Below, one piece after another: positions 1 through 18,833 of a stretch of DNA of 64,000 nucleotides. The notes beneath the pieces are model-generated. The model saw only the letters and a program-made list of their open reading frames with translations. It did not search any database and was not told where the DNA came from. Source of the stretch: Amoebidium appalachense (taxonomy: Eukaryota; Protista; Ichthyosporea). The first letter of the stretch is position 1. Each line of letters opens with the position of its first letter. The position numbers and the translations under genes were made by a program. The stretch spans positions 9,799,355 through 9,863,354 of the forward strand of contig CAVNZM010000006.1 in assembly GCA_963693365.1 (NCBI GenBank), read 5' to 3'.

Positions 1-218
1 GGCAACAAAAAGCAAGGTGGGCAACGTGTGTGTGTGTGTGGGGGGGGGGGGGGGGTGAGCTGGGCTCTCACGTCTCATGTAGGGTTGCTACCTGGGAGCG
101 TTTGTTCTAGTTTTTGCATAAGGTATGGAGCCTGGAAGGGTCCGGCGGGGATGGGGTGGAGTTTTGTGGATGTGTTGGGGGGAGGGGTCTTGTGGATGTG
201 TTGGGGAAGCGGGTAGGG

Positions 219-250
<32 letters not shown>

Positions 251-617
251 AAGCACTTTTGAATGTGTTGGGGGAGAGGGGGCGGGGGGGGGGGGGGGGG
301 TTGAGGGCCATGTGAATGTTTGTTAACTAAAGGATGTGCAGTAGCTGTGCGCTGTCTGAGTGGTTCCCTTTCCTCTTTTTCTTGAGTTGACCATATGAGG
401 TCGCTGTGAATATCCAGGCAGCTGGTACCCTTTACCTTTTAACCCTCAGCTGGTACCCTGATATCATATACTGGTCCCACGTGTTATCTTGTCTCCTGCT
501 TCGTGCACGGCCAACACCAAGCAATTCACTATCAGAAGCTGTAAATCGATTCTGCTGTAAATGAAGAAACACGAACCCTTCACTTCAGCATCTAATGGTA
601 TTGCACTGTATGCACAG

Positions 618-5223
<4,606 letters not shown>

Positions 5224-5889
5224 ACATGCATACACATGCTTGCAGATACACACACGTAGGGCACTTGTGAAATATGCCAAGTCAATGCACATGCATTTAA
5301 CAGACACTTATTCTGCATGTGCACGACCGGGCCCTCGCACACCACTGCAAATAGGTGTCATGTAAACATCTTCATATTTGCACATTCACTCACAGGCACC
5401 AACCAATATTAGCTTAAATGTAGCTCTTTTTTTCTGAATCATGCGTGGTGTGCAGAAGTGGTGCTGTGAAGGCGCTCACGCGCCTCTCCTGCCCAAAGAG
5501 TCGATGTGATTGTGCGGCTAGAGGACACGGCAGGACGTGTTAGAATTGGCACATGTAGGTGGTTGCACATAACATGCACAGCGAGTCTTGAACTCCACTT
5601 GTTACATTGCATTTTCTTTGACCCCTTTGTTGCCCCATGCTTGCTCCAAGTGCTACAAAAAAACATCAGGGTGGTCATACTATGTATATAGCTAGATCGG
5701 ACGAATGAACTGTAGGTCTTTACTGTATTAGTGGGTGCATGATCGGCGCTGGTCGCTGATGGTTGTTGTCGAATGAATCGCGTGAACTGTCATCGTGTGT
5801 CTGACTCGCGAGTCTCACAGCCTCGCTTTAATTGAGATCCCCCCCCCCCCCCCCCCCAAAAAAAAAAAAAAAAAAAAACAAACAAACAA

Positions 5890-5938
<49 letters not shown>

Positions 5939-6112
5939 TTTGTGGCACACACACACACATGCGCACACTGACTTGCCCAACCTGATCGATTCTTTCCTGA
6001 TCAAGACGGGTGAATCCTAGTAGGGCCTGTTGTATATATATATGAGCAATTAGCTATAGATCGCGTAAATATACCAGGCTTAGGGTCGAGGCTCAGATGC
6101 AGTTACATAGTG

Positions 6113-6158
<46 letters not shown>

Positions 6159-7690
6159 ACCACCACCACCACCAACACACACACACGTGCACGTACACAC
6201 ACAAGCGCGCGCGCACACACACACGACGTCGTGCTTAATATCATGTACTATCGATATAATCCTTCCTTCCACATGCGATATGGTGTTTTACTAGTCGCAA
6301 AACGTACCCCCCCTCTCTTTCCCCCTCCCAACCACCACCACCACCACCACCACCGATCACCGGACCACGTGCACTGCCCGCGGCCATGGGCCATGGTCAC
6401 CGGTCGTGCCATGGCGTGCGTGCGCACCTATCGGGGCCAAAAAAAAAAAAAAAAAACTGTGTAAATTTAGCGCCAGTTTCGTGCGGTGTCCTATGCATTA
6501 CAGCCCAGCCTACCCATCTCAGGGCCACCCGCCACATGTACAGTAGCTACAACATTTCTACGTGTGCAGGGTCGGGGTGCACGAGCACGTGAAATGCACG
6601 CAATTTTCCCCTTGAGCCCACGCAAACACCCGTGTTTGCGCAAACCAAATTGTATCATAATTCCGCCAATCAGATGCCAAGCTGTAAAAAAGCGCGCCAA
6701 CTTTCCCCTGCTCTCGGCAGGCCTAGCCAACCCCGGCTACCCGCCTCTATATGGAGCTAGAAAACGAGAATATCTGTTGCTACAAACAAATGAAGCGCAT
6801 CGCCGGTTGATGTAACATCCCCACAGCCAGCTGCATCCTTATGTAACTCCTGGTACACCCCTGCACATCACATGTTATTGTAGATGCGTGCAGACCTGTT
6901 ACACAAGATGGGTTCTGAAGAGGCTCAACAGCTATTGAGCCTATGCAGTTGCTGTCTATTCCACTGCTTCTGCCCGAGCTACGTGACCAGCATGGAAGCA
7001 AGCAGGGCCAAGCAAGCGTGACCCATCCTGCGCTCGGCACCACAATTGAGCAAGACAGCGAGTGTGCATAACTCCAAGGTCAGTGTCCACCCCATTCTTA
7101 CACGTACACCTTGTTTTCGGAACGTGTTGAGTTGAGCTCATGGTGCCTATACACTATTGAGTCTTTGGTCTACAGTTGGTCTACTTTCAATCTACCAATG
7201 GTGGGGGCATCTCACTCTCAAGTCCATCCACATAGTGCTATCCATCCTCATTGCTCCGAAACCTATCTGTGCACCTTGAGGCTCTTTCCCGGAATGCCTT
7301 TTCGAGCTATGGCTGTCGTCCTGTGTGTGTGGTTCCTTAGCCTGTCGAACCTCATAACCATTATGTATAAGCACGATCTGTTACACACAGCACAGCACTT
7401 TGCTATGTATCACACCTAACCTGCACGAAAACCACCGAAAGGCTCGCCGTGGCCCAGACAATACCAAACGGATCTCAGCTTGAGGGCATGCTTCAACAAG
7501 TCCAGGTGGACGAAAAGAGCGAGAATTCTGATTTGAATTGCTGGGAACTGCTACAGGTAACGGTGTTTAGTCCTTCTGCCCTCTCCAACCCTTTAGTGAC
7601 CCAAGTGTTCAAAGAAAGCAGGTATAGCTGACTATATGGCCGTATGGGTGTGTCGAACCCTGAATGTGTATGTGTGTAAGGTGTCTTTGT

Positions 7691-7727
<37 letters not shown>

Positions 7728-7867
7728 TGCTTTTTATCTTATCGTTTTCAGTAAGTGCTTCCAGCTCGCTGCCTTCTACATTTCTGTCGGGCTCATGTGT
7801 AAGTGGCTTCTTGTGTGTGTTTGTGTGTGTGTTTTTTTGTGTGTGTGTGTGTGTGTGTGTGCTTGTC

Positions 7868-7905
<38 letters not shown>

Positions 7906-7919
7906 GTGTGTGTGCACGT

Positions 7920-8310
7920 GCGGGGTGTGCACCCGCACATGCTTTTCCCACTCTACACACACACTCTCTCTTTTTCTCTTTTCTCCTTGTGTATGCGTGG
8001 GTGGGTAGGTGGGTGAGCGAGTGGTTGCGAGCACGGGCGCCCGCAAGTGCCCATCGTTTCTTTTCTTTTTTTGCCCTCTTTTTTTCCCCCTTTTTTTGCC
8101 TTTTTATTTTTGATTTTTTTTTGTTTTTTTTGTGTGTGTGTGTGTGTGCGCGCGCATGCGCCCGCACGTGCTTTTTCCACTCTACACACACGCACACAAA
8201 CACACATACTCTCTCTCTTCCTCTTCCCTACTTGTGTATATGTGGGTGAGTGGGTGGGTGAACGAGTGGTTGCGAGCATGGGCGCACACCTGTGCCCGCC
8301 TTTTCTCTCT
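7920..8310. repeat. Diverged local tandem duplication (~230 bp period) in an intron
   Basis: cccgcac.tgctttt.ccactctacacacac...cgagtggttgcgagca.gggcgc occurs at ~7932-8040 and again at ~8161-8285. Confidence 0.75.
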
Positions 8311-9752
8311 CTTTTTCTTCTTTCTGTCTTTTTTTTTGTGTGCGCCAGTGTGGTGTGACGGATAACACACATGCTTACCAATTGCAATTCAATCCACAGG
8401 CAGGGCGGATCCAGCGGCTGGAGGAGGTCACGGTCAAGCAGAGCGAGGCCGTCAGTGCTTGGCGTGCAAAGTGCGACTCGTTCACATCCTGCATTGCAGA
8501 GTTCGCAAAGAACAAGGACGAGTTTGGCCTGAGGTAATGGATTGTACGGCAATATGAGGTGGTGTGCATTGAGTGTAGGTGGTGGGGCACTATAATGTTT
8601 GCTATTCGGTAGTGGTATTACTGCTGCGGTAGCTACCGTCTTTAACACTGTAATTTTATGCCCCGTTTGACAGGTATGATAAGACCAGCAGCATACAGGT
8701 GACACTCAAGGCAACCCAGGCGAAGATATTGAAGCAGCAGCAAGAAAGTACGTGCATTCATATTGCCTCTGACTAGGTCTCACCTGTGCTTGGTCATATT
8801 CTAGGCTCGCCTTTTGCTTTTTCCTAGTAGGAACGTGCCAAAAAGGGCCTGGAGTGCCGCACAGGTGGATTTGCACAGTTCTGCACAGTGAGAAGTTGTT
8901 CTCCATTCCTTTCTTTTTGCACAATATATGTCAGTTCTAAATTCTCTGTTGTATGCAAGACGGGTTTTTTACTTCCTTTGTCTTGTCTATATAATGGAGG
9001 CTATTTCAACTCCTTTGCATGCAAATAAGACCTTTCCAAAACTTCTATAGAAAACCAGAGTCCTCGAATTTCCCCATGCAACACCTTGCAAGACCTGCAG
9101 GTGTGTTTAACATACATCCAACATACATACACTGCACAATACTCGTGTGCTGACCTCTATGCTCCCACCAGTCGAGACAGCAAGGGCACTTGCTGAGCAG
9201 CAGAGAAACGAGGAATCAATCGGTATGTGGGCACGTTTACTACCTGCAATGGGCTTCGAGAGGGTAGTGGTTGTTGGTTTGTCGTTGAGATCTACATAGG
9301 CAATCATGTATCTCATCCTTCTGGTGGCTTACTTACTTGGCCTCCTCGGTCAACGTTCCTATTGTGCTCCTCCCTCCCCCACAACCACCATCATCCCACC
9401 AACCCGCTCATCTCTACCAGCAGCCCCCCCCCCCCCCCCCCCCCCCCCCCCTCTCCTCCCCCCCTCCCCCTCCCCCTGCACACCAATATGGTGTTCTTTG
9501 GGACAGATAAGAATGGACTGTAGGGTGTCGGAGAGGATCCACTCAACCTGCCGTCACATGTTCTCACCTGCTTGGTGTGCAGGGTATGCTGCCCTGGTTG
9601 ACCGCATTGCAAACGTGGAGCAGAGATTCAACAAGGATGAAGGTATGTGTTGACCCTGAAACCCAAATGCTTGGGGGGAGGAGGGAGGGTATGGAAGAGG
9701 TTGTGTGTATGATGTGTTTGTGTGTGTGTGTTGTCATGCGTACGTGTTTAAA

Positions 9753-9919
<167 letters not shown>

Positions 9920-11449
9920 ATGCATGTGCGAATGTGCTAAGGCTTGAGGGGAATTATGTGTGTGTGTGATCGTGTGTGTGTGATTGTGCTGTGTGGATGT
10001 TTGCGTAGCACGTACAGCCGTGCCCGTACATGTGTTCATGCTTCCTCAGGAGAAAAAGTTGGGGGGAGAGGGGAGGGGAGGGGGGGGGAGGGGGGCGGAG
10101 GGGGGGGGGTTCGCAGGGGTTTCAGCGAAACAGTTACATTTGCTGACATCTCACAATAGTGCATGTGGGCATTTTGTGAAGTATATTCATGCCAGTATGG
10201 GCAGCATAGCAAATGGTCTGCCAGTTGCCCAGGAATCACCCACATTGATTTTCTCCCCGATATTGCAGAAGCACGAGACCGTGCGCATCAACACCAACAA
10301 ATCTTAGACCTTACGTCAGAGGTGAGTCTGGCCGCTTGTGGTTATTGGGCTCATGGCTGAGTGTATGTGGTCTTGGTGGTGCCGTGCACGTGCAGCAGCA
10401 GCATCCCTGCTCGATAGGGTGATAATGCTTTGATCAACCACTCTCGAGGGGGGGGGGGGGGGGGGGGGGGAGAATGTTTTGATTCCTACCCTCTCGAGCT
10501 GCCCCCCCCCCCCCCCCCCCTCTCCTCCTCCCTCTCTCCCCCCCCCCCCCCCCCCCCCCCCCCCGTTTCTTTCTCTCTCTCCCCCTCCCTCTCGCCCTTT
10601 CTTCTCCCCTTCCCCCCTCCCCAACTCCCCCATCTCTCCTGCCACTCGTCTCCCTGCCTTCCCCCCCAAGACGAGGTTCTGTCAACATGCTACAGGGTGC
10701 TCTGACCCTTTCCCCCCTCTTGCCCCCCTTCCCCCCCTCCTCCCACCTACCAACCGGGCAACTATTTCTCACTGCGCCCTCCCTCATTTCCCATTAACCC
10801 TCCTCAGAGTCTGATGGTGTGGGTAGAATTGGATAGTCTTTGTGTTTTGTGTATATTTTTCGCAAGTATAATTTGTTGCTCCTATCTTGCTACTACTCTT
10901 TGGGGGGGGGGGGGGGGGGGGGGGGGGGAGATAGAGAGAGAGAGAGAGGGGGGGGGGGGGGGGGGGATGAATGCTAATATTTGCATACGTTGGCCCACAG
11001 CTCAGCAACGTCAAGAGGCAGCTGGAGGCCGAGCGAGCAGCCAAGGCCACAGCACTGGGAGGGGCACACGATGAGGCCGGTGGGTGCCGTCGAGTGGTTC
11101 TCTCTTTCTGTTTGGTCCAGCTACACTGCACATACACACCACACCAAAGAGGAAGGATATATGTTCCTTTGCCATAAAGCATAAACACACAAGGCTCTTG
11201 CAAAGCACTCCTCTGCTAGGGCCATTTGGCCTCAGCTCACTGTTGCATTGATTTTTTTTTAAGCGCACGGTATGGGTTTTGGTGGGCTAACAGCTTACTG
11301 ACACACTTCACAATCACAGAGAAGTGGAAGCGCGAGGCTGGGCGGGTGCAGCGAGAGTACTCTGGGCTGCTTGATGCGGAGCACAAGAAGTTGGCCCATG
11401 CCGAGGCCCACTGACGGCAGCCATCAAGGCGCTGGAAAACGACCTGGAG

Positions 11450-11673
11450 GACGTGAGGAAGCAGCTGGCAGCATCCAGGCAGCGGGAGAGAGAGCTGGGG
11501 GACGTGAGGGAGCAGCTGGCAGCATCCAGGCAGCGGGAGAGAGAGAGCTGGGGGACGTGAGGGAACCGCTGGCAGCATCCAGGCAGCGGGAGAGAGAGCT
11601 GGGGGACGTGAGGGAGCAGCTGGCAGCATCCAGGCAGCGGGATAGAGAGCTGGGGGACGTGAGAGAGCAGCTG
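11450..11673 (+). repeat. 51-bp coding minisatellite (17-aa DVREQLAASRQRERELG), ~4.4 copies
   Basis: Units start at 11450, 11501, 11554, 11605 and 11656; unit 2 has an extra AG in its GA run (53 bp). Confidence 0.9.
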
Positions 11674-12611
11674 ATAGCAGCCACCAAGGCGCTGGCCATA
11701 GCCATTAGCGAGGTGGGTGCTGTGAACATGGTTGTGTGTGTGCCGTGTGGTGGTGAGGGCCAGTTGGATATGCTGCCAGACAGTTGAGCAATGGAATGTG
11801 GAATAAGTGGCCGGAGAGAGAAGATCGGTAGTGGCCATGCTAGGGCGTGCAGCCTGTAGGTGTGTGTTGGGCACTAGTTGTGAAGCGGAGGCGGCGGGGT
11901 TGTCACCGGGGGAAGGCGGGGGGAGGGGGGGGAGGGGGGGGGGGGGGGGGGGGGGGGGCATGGTGGAGACCCAAATTTTTCAAGGGTTTGGACTTGTTCT
12001 TTCCATAAGAGGGTGCAATGGACTGTGCACCTGGGGACCAGGCAAGGGTGGTTGAGGCACAACCACTGAATGTTCTGTCTTCTTTCTGCCCCCCCACCCT
12101 TCCCCCCTCCCCCCTTTTTTTTTCCCTTCTTTTTTTCTCCTCGTTCTCTTTTCTGATTGGTTCTAAAAGCCGAAGGGGGAAGGGAGATTTTTTTTTTCTT
12201 TTTTCTTTTTCTTTTTCTTTTTTTTTTTTTGGCCGGGGGGGGAGGGGGGAGGGGGGGGAGTCAGCAACGGGCGGGACAGGGGAGCCTGAACGTAAAGCAA
12301 CTTTTTGATCCCTTTTTTGCCCTCTTCTAGTTGTGCCCAGGGCTGGTGAGGATTAGGCCCACATCTATGGGGGTTGAAGGGGGTATAATGTAAGGGGGAT
12401 CAATAGGGCAATGGGGCACCTGGTGGTATTTTTCTTGACCGCTTGGGGCAATGGCCATGGAGTCAGTGTGTGTATATGTGTGTTGCTGTGCGAATGTTTT
12501 ATTATAATTATTTTTATTTTTTATTTATTCTCTTTTTCTTCTTCTTCTTCTTCTTTCTCTCTGTCTTTTCTTTTCTTTTCTTTTCTTCTCTCTCTCTCTT
12601 TTTTTTTTTTT

Positions 12612-12653
<42 letters not shown>

Positions 12654-13271
12654 GGACTGCTAGAGATTGTTTGAGGGTATGTCAGGTAGAATGAAGGGAA
12701 GGATGCATTGTCAATTACGTTTTTGGTGTGGTGATGATTGTAGTATTCACACTGGTCTGGATATATTCATGCTGTTCGAAAGGCGCATGTTTCAAGGTTT
12801 AAGGCAGTGTGGTACACTGTGTTCCTGCGGTTTATCCTTGCTCTTGGCTTGGATTGATGTGATTGGCTGGCCACAGAGGCACAAGGGAGAAAGCATCCTT
12901 GTTGAAGCATCAAAGGCTTGTGCCGAGAGTGAACTCGGGTATGACTTGGCAGATTCGTAGTAGGGGTTGGTGTTGCTCGTTGCAATTGTTAATATTTTTT
13001 TGTAGGGTTTTTTACATCAGCTTGCTTTCGTGCATTCATCATCTCTTCGGTCTTAAGAGCTTCTCTCTCCAGCCCAATTTGTATGCTCTTCACTCTAGTT
13101 CTATACAGTTGCGCATCTCTTCAGCGATTTGTATGCTCGGCTTGTGATCCTCATATATTAGTAGCTATATCTTTGGCCAATTTTATGCATGTGGCCTTTT
13201 GATTTATTATTTAATGTGGCTGTATCTCTTTGGTTTTTAAGGTTACGACGGGTAGGGTAAGGGGCTTTGCG

Positions 13272-13310
<39 letters not shown>

Positions 13311-13629
13311 TGAAGGTGACCTGGTGTGCCTTCTGCAAGCTCAGGAGTTGCTGTGCGCTGCTTGCTCCTTTGTTGATCTTGAAAGGGAATATGTTTTGTA
13401 GCGGTCAGTTGGGAGAGGGGGGGGGGGGAGGGAGGGGAGAGGGGGGGAAGGGGTGAGGAGGGGTGTTATCTCATGGAGTGTACGTGGTTGAATGCGTGAT
13501 ATTGGAGTGGTGGGTGAGTTTCTTGAACCTGCGTTTAGTGATCGATCATGCTAATGCCCAGGCTGTTGCTCAGTATGCCCTTGAACCTCCCTATTATCTC
13601 GACGTATTCTTTTCCCTCCCTCCCTCTTT

Positions 13630-13835
13630 CTTCCCTTTGTCTCTATTAGATGTAGTTTTTTCCTTCCTCCCTCTCTCCTCCCTTTGTCTCTATTAGATTA
13701 TTTTTTCCTTCCCTCCTTCTCTCCTTTCTTTGTCTCTATTAGATTAATTTTTCCTTCCTCCCTCTCTCCTCCCTTTGTCTCTATTAGATTTATTTTTTCC
13801 CTCCCTCTCTCCTCCCTTTGTCTCTATTAGATGTA
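13630..13835. repeat. ~45-bp pyrimidine-rich minisatellite, ~5 copies
   Basis: Core tctctattagat recurs at ~13640, 13687, 13733, 13778 and 13821. Confidence 0.8.
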
Positions 13836-14221
13836 GTCATCTCCCTCCCCCTCTCTCTCTCATGCCAGCAAGCCAATCATACCCACATTGTGGTTCACCT
13901 CATTCTTCAATTAATCGAGGCTTTCGATGGTTTCTTAACACCGCCATTCCTGGTGACCCGCCCTGACAACTAGTCTCCTTATTCCTTTGTGGATGCAGGC
14001 GGCAGCAGCTGCAGGGCACGTGTGATGGTCTGAGGCAGCAGGTGGACACCCTCACGGCCGCCCTGGCCCGCCTCACAGCAACCCACAACCGTGTGACCCC
14101 CCTCCTCCCCCCCCCCCCCCCCCCCTCCCCCCCCCCCCCCCCCTTCTTCCTCCCCTTCCTCCCTTCTACCGTCCGGGCTTTTCGAAGTCTCTTCCCATTC
14201 GTTCTCCCCCTTCTCTCTCTC

Positions 14222-14262
<41 letters not shown>

Positions 14263-14944
14263 TTTTTATCGTTATAGCCTGTTCCGAACCAACCATAAGG
14301 CTCATTCAATTGCTACTGCCACCTATGCAACTTCTCTGTTCCACCTACACGAGAGATCCTCCTTCTCGTTCTCCTTTAAATCATCCCCCCCCCCCCCCTC
14401 CCCCCTCCCCTTCGCCCCCTCCTCCTCCCGGGGTTGGGGAGGGGAGGGGGGGTCCTCGGGCGGCCAACAGACACAGACACACACACATATCTCCTACCGT
14501 TTACTGCTGATACGTATGGCTTCACAGAGTGTCCCGACAGAGATGCCCCCAACACCATTGAGCCATGCCTGGAGCCAACCACCCCAGCAAAGGTGTGCCA
14601 GTCAGCAAAATCACTAGTACCAACAATCCCGTTGCACTGGCCCCTTCAATAGAACTTACTTCACCCGCCCATCAATCACCCCCTCCCCCCCCCCCCTCCC
14701 CCCCCCTCCCCCCCTCTCCCCCTCCCTCTCCGCCGTCTCTCCGGAATCTGTACCACGAAAGAGCCCTCTGGCTCTACTTTCCAGTGCGCTCTATAGGGAT
14801 ACGAGAGCTATAAGCATTGATGGACTCACGGGGCCGGGGGGGGGGGAGAGCAGACAGGATACCATCCTGGTAAATTAGGATGGAAGTGTCTGTCAATTCC
14901 CGTTCTCCATCTTCCGCCTTCCCTTCTCCACTGAAGGGTGTGCA

Positions 14945-15117
14945 TAGTCCCTGCTGCTATCGTACGTACCAATGCACATTTCATTCTTAGTCCCTAGTGT
15001 AGTAGTACGTACCGGTGCACACTTCATTCTTAGCCCCTACTGTAATAGTACGTACCATCGCACACTTCATTCTTAGCCCCTACTGCTATAGTACGTACCA
15101 TTGCACACTTCATTCAG
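14945..15117 (+). repeat. 43-bp tandem repeat x4 ending in a splice acceptor
   Basis: Unit tag(t/c)ccct...gtacgtacc..gcaca(c/t)ttcattct at 14945, 14988, 15031 and 15074; the last copy ends ttcattcag, followed by the exon at 15118. Confidence 0.9.
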
Positions 15118-15472
15118 GAGCTGGAGCAGCCGGTGGAGAGCAGCAGTGTGGAAGACCCATCGGGTGAGCCGATGAGTGTGGGCCAGATACAGGGGCTGCC
15201 ACATGCTGGGCTCTGAGAGGAACACACGGGAACCCAGCAGAGGCAGGGCAAGGTGGGCTGTGAGCACACACACACATCTACACTCGAGCTCTCTTCTTCT
15301 GCCTCACTTTTTCTTATTCACACACATGAATGTGTAGATGTTTGCACGGATGCAGATCCCCCCCCCCCTCCCCCCCCCCCCACACACCCACACCCACATC
15401 CACACCCACATATCCATCCACGGGCATGCAGACACACACACGCTCTCTCTCTCCCCCACACACGCGCCCCCC

Positions 15473-15512
<40 letters not shown>

Positions 15513-15542
15513 ACCCACACACACACATACACACACTAGCTG

Positions 15543-15585
<43 letters not shown>

Positions 15586-16048
15586 GCACACACACACACA
15601 CACACACACCACACACACACACAAGCAAGCACGTTACCCGTTTCTGCAAGCTTCCCTGCATCAAAACCCAGCAAGTAGAAGCAGGCGCAATGCATGAATG
15701 GAGCAGTGTGTTTGCCCTCGTGGACACATATACATCTAGGATTGGGTAGGTAGCCAGACCATGCTATTGGTGTGTGCCGGCTGGCTGATGGTTGGTGTGT
15801 CAGATCGATGGCATGAACGAAGATACAACATCTACCTGTGTTCAAGCAGTTGATGTTCAAGAAGACACGGAAAAGGAGGCAATGGCCCACACGAGCACCC
15901 ATGCAGTGGATGTGAGCAGTACTGGCCTGGTGGGTGCTGCATGCAAAGCATGTGGTGAACGGAATGTGCACAAAACTAGACACCGGATTTGCACCGTAAA
16001 TTGATTGCCGTATAGCGTATCTTCATAATGTTTTTGGAACTTGACGTG

Positions 16049-16082
<34 letters not shown>

Positions 16083-17078
16083 CCCCCACCCACCCACCCA
16101 CCCACCCACCGCACCGCACCCCTCCTTTTTCTTCTTTGCATCGCTTTCTGCATCGTTTATTCTCGTTACTACCTGGGGATGTCTGTTGTTTGTCGATACC
16201 GAACCTGACCTACGTGGTGGAACCAGCAGGTTTCAGAAGGTAAGGATGATGGGGCGGGCCATCACCTGCTGCTGCCTGCTGCCGTCACCATGGACTCAGT
16301 CAGCCTCTCTGGTAGGAACTGTGTCCCAGGCAGTGCCACACACACATGCATGCATGCTCGTACTCGTGCATGTGCGCTTTACTAGTAGTACATCATGATG
16401 GGTGGGTGGGTGGTAGTGGGGTGTGCATGTTTTTGTTTTTTTTTGGTGGGGGGGGGGGGGGGGGGGGGGGGAGGGGAGGGAGGGGACATCGATACTCCCT
16501 GGTCCCTGCAACGTGACGAAGATCAGATTGTGTAGACGTGGCCACTTGCATGCCTTCTGCCTGCTGGCACCGTTCTACCCGTACGGTTACAACCCCCCTT
16601 CCCCCCCCCCCACAATACGCAAACACACACACACGGTCTTAACTCCTCTCCATTTCACTCTGCATGTCTACCCCTCCTCCCCTTTCCCGCTACCTTCTTT
16701 GTCATGTGCTTACGTGTTTATTAGTGTGTTGATGTGTGAATGGGTGCGCATGTCCTTCCGACTGTACACACATAATTTACCTACCCCGGCTCATATGCAT
16801 ATGTGCATGTAGCACTAACTTATTGCATGCTCTGCAGACAGTAGCACCCAGGCAGTGGACAGTCATCGTCCCAGCAGCCTGCAACAGCTACAGGACGAGA
16901 TGCAGGTATGACTGTTTGTTTACACAGCTTCCCTCTCTCCCCCTCCCCCTCCCCCCCCCCCCCCCCTTCCCCCCTCCCCCCTCCCCCTTCATATACACAT
17001 ACAGGCACACTCACACGTGACCACACGGGTGCACATCCCCCCCCCCCCCCCCTCCCCACCCCCCCCCCCCCCCCCCCC

Positions 17079-17131
<53 letters not shown>

Positions 17132-18304
17132 CCCCAACCCACATCACACCCACCCACATAAATGTACCAGTCGCTCGCCCAAGCATCCAACCACTTCAAT
17201 GCGCAAAGCCTACAGATTGTTGTTGACTACGTCTGGCCTCTCCTTTTTGTTTTGTTTTTATAATTGGTTTTGCTTCCAGGCGTGGGGGGGGGGGGGGGGG
17301 GGAGGGAGGGGGGAGTAGAGTAGGAAAGGTTGTGTGGGCAGTACAGTTACAATTAAGACGATATGGGCCATTTTTCTGGGGAAGCGCTGGTCACCATGTT
17401 AAACAATTGACGGGATTGTTTGTTTTACTGGGACACTGGGGGATGGTTTGTCCCCCATGAGGAACGTCATGGTGGTTGGTGGTCGTGGTGGTGGGAAAGG
17501 GGATGAGGGAGGACATGTAGAGAAACTGATAATATGATGCTGTGAGCGGTATTTCATGTCAGTAACATGGTGTATGAAAATAGGAAAATTTGGCCCGGGA
17601 CTAAAAGTCCAGATGGATATGCCTGTGAGGGACAAGTAGTCCAAGCACACTGGACCATATTCCTGGAACAGAGTCCTTATATGTCTGTGTGGGCACAGGG
17701 AGCCACAGCTGCAGCCCCAGTGGTCAGAGCAGCAGACCAGGAGACCTCCTCGGTGTGCCCACAGAGCATATCCATCAAACGACCCACCACCATTCTGCAG
17801 CCACAGACACATGGCAAGCGCCAGAAAGCAGACAGGTCGGTGTGGTGCATATTGGGGGGTTTGCACACAAGTAACGTACTCATACGCACACACTGACCCT
17901 CTGGATGTTGGCAGGGATGAACAGGCAAAAACCAAGCCCAAGGCAGGCAGGGGCAAGCAATATCGATCGAAGCACGTGCGTGCACTTGTTGCGTCCATCA
18001 AGAGAAAGGCTGTTGCAAACCAGGCACTGGCATATGGAAAGCACTAGAAGGCGCACACGATAGAGTGGGTACAGAGATAGTGTGGATTGAGCATCTAATG
18101 GACACATGTTGCATACCTGGCATATTGGGGTTACAAATGTTTCGCATGTGCAGAGTACATCATGAGGTACCTGCTTGATGTGCCCAGAGCACAGAGATGC
18201 TTGTATGGAAGACCAATAGACAGAGTATACACACACTTTTTGTTCAACCCGCATCGCAGTGCATGCCACCATCACAAGTGTACATGCCCATATATAGGCA
18301 TCTA

Positions 18305-18484
18305 CTACGGGTGTGCCAGCTTGTACACGGGATGCTCCTTGCCCAGCACACACGTGAGCGTGCGCCGTTGGTAGTGGGTGCCCTCCAATCGGATGTTGTC
18401 CATGACGTCATCAAGCAGGTGCGCCTTGCCGGCCCATGTGCCCGGTGCATCGTAGTGCAGATGCGTGAAATGGCTGCGCACCGG

Positions 18485-18529
<45 letters not shown>

Positions 18530-18795
18530 CTGTTAGCATGTGTTACAGTGAACGAAGCAAACACATGCACGACAGACAACACAAGGAGGATGACAAAAGA
18601 AAAAAAAAGTACTCTTCAATCCATTCACCTCCATATCGCTTGACAACTTGAAATCAGACACAGCTTCGCTTGAACGTGCATGGGTTACCCGTCTTGATGA
18701 GAGACGAGCATAATTACTTATGCAAGCAGACGCTACAGCCCAAGCAGTAGGAAAGGCCCAACAGAAGCAAGAAGCAATCATAATCTAGTTGGAAA

Positions 18796-18833
<38 letters not shown>

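Noticed and set aside
6916-6918. Alternative genetic code or selenocysteine reading of TGA
   Set aside because: TGA serves as a normal stop in ZDHHC6 and the BTB gene, conserved Trp residues are TGG, and the orphan gene also has frameshifts.
14945-15117. 43-bp periodic array resembling a CRISPR
   Set aside because: Units are contiguous and similar along their whole length, with no unique spacers and no cas genes, in a eukaryotic intron.
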